From Candidatus Eiseniibacteriota bacterium (GTDB taxonomy: Bacteria > Eisenbacteria > RBG-16-71-46): a stretch of DNA of 41,058 nt. Below the pieces are notes generated by a model. It did no database searches, was not told the DNA's origin, and saw nothing but the letters and a program-made list of their open reading frames with translations. Positions 40,519-41,058 of the stretch are shown piece by piece (positions within the stretch are counted from its first letter, which is position 1; each line of letters begins with the position of its first letter). Location of the stretch: assembly GCA_903921835.1 (NCBI GenBank), contig CAIXRL010000296.1, positions 1-41,058 of the forward strand. The letters run 5' to 3'. The position numbers and the translations under genes are program-made.

Positions 40519-41058
40519 ATGAATCTCTCGCGTGACAGTCTCGTGCTGTGGGTGGGCATGATCGGCGCGGTCCTGACGGCCGTCGCCAACCAGGCGGGCG
40601 TCTTCCCGCCGGAGTGGTATCCCTACATCAACATGGGCGCCTTGGTCTGCGCGACGATCTGCGGCTGGATGAAAACGAGTCCGCTCCCGGGCGCGAAGGA
40701 TGGGCAAAAGGTGGACGTGACGAAACTCGCGCCGCTGTTGGTCGTCGCCGTCGCCCTGACGGTGATGGGCTGCGCGAAACCGGCCTCCATTCAATCGCCA
40801 GAGGCTACGCGGGCATGGCAGGCGAATCAAGTGCTGACGCGGGTGGCTGAAGTGCAGGCGGCGGCGATCCAGGCCGAGGCATCGGGCGCCCTGAAAACTG
40901 CCGACGTGCGGATCATTGTGACCGCGACCGTCGCCGTCGCCAAGGCCGCGAAGGACGCCCCAGAGGGCTGGCCCAAAGTGGCGCTGACGGCGCTGCAACA
41001 GGCGAAGGCGCAGCTGCCACCCGCGGTGCTGGCGTCGTCGCCTGTGGCCTATGCGCTG
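40519..41058 (+). CDS. Membrane protein with two N-terminal TM segments followed by an internal lipoprotein-type signal (lipobox ..TVMGC); 3'-truncated by the window end
   Basis: A strong RBS (aaggagga) precedes ATG at 40519. The frame is open to the last base (180 codons, verified codon by codon). It is absent from the ORF track because there is no stop. An in-frame ATG at 40669 would start MKTSPLPGAKDGQKVDVTKLAPLLVVAVALTVMGC (Cys codon at 40771). Confidence 0.6.
   Translation, partial: MNLSRDSLVLWVGMIGAVLTAVANQAGVFPPEWYPYINMGALVCATICGWMKTSPLPGAKDGQKVDVTKLAPLLVVAVALTVMGCAKPASIQSPEATRAWQANQVLTRVAEVQAAAIQAEASGALKTADVRIIVTATVAVAKAAKDAPEGWPKVALTALQQAKAQLPPAVLASSPVAYAL

Overview
The window is visibly GC-rich (roughly two-thirds G+C by eye). 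Every convincing gene lies on the + strand, and most are joined by 1-8 nt start/stop overlaps (ATGA, GTGA, TAATG). I read it as a lambda-like siphovirus or prophage genome segment. No integrase or repressor is visible in the window.

Gene order:
- Early genes of unknown function (12-2088).
- A tRNA-like element in the only large non-coding gap (2089-2475).
- A recombination/replication module: RecT, small Cys-rich and membrane ORFs, a PD-(D/E)XK exonuclease, a coiled-coil protein, a replication-organizer-like gene carrying internal repeats, and RusA.
- Packaging genes: HNH, a Nu1-like small terminase and a gpA-type large terminase.
- An NrdR-like zinc ribbon and a gpW-like gene.
- About 9 kb of accessory cassette (12318-21119).
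- A second gpW-like gene, then lambda-type portal, S49/ClpP-like protease-scaffold, gpD-like decoration protein and gpE-like major capsid protein.
- Neck and tail genes: major tail protein, G/T chaperones, a 1317-aa tape measure, and a 1269-aa host-specificity protein with discoidin and PKD-like domains.
- A lysis region with a GH108 endolysin.

The most unusual content is the accessory cassette. It holds 3 SAM methyltransferases, 4 glycosyltransferase-like enzymes, 1 hexapeptide acyltransferase and 4 beta-rich non-enzymatic proteins. One of these is a 606-aa protein with 20 tandem ~20-aa repeats. The cassette sits where lambda-type phages have nothing, and it is bracketed by two diverged gpW paralogs of identical length.

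Limits: all functional calls come from motif recognition by eye on the supplied translations. No database search, HMM or structure prediction was run. Start codons were chosen from overlap/RBS logic and third-position GC. The long minus-strand ORFs look like GC-driven shadow ORFs.
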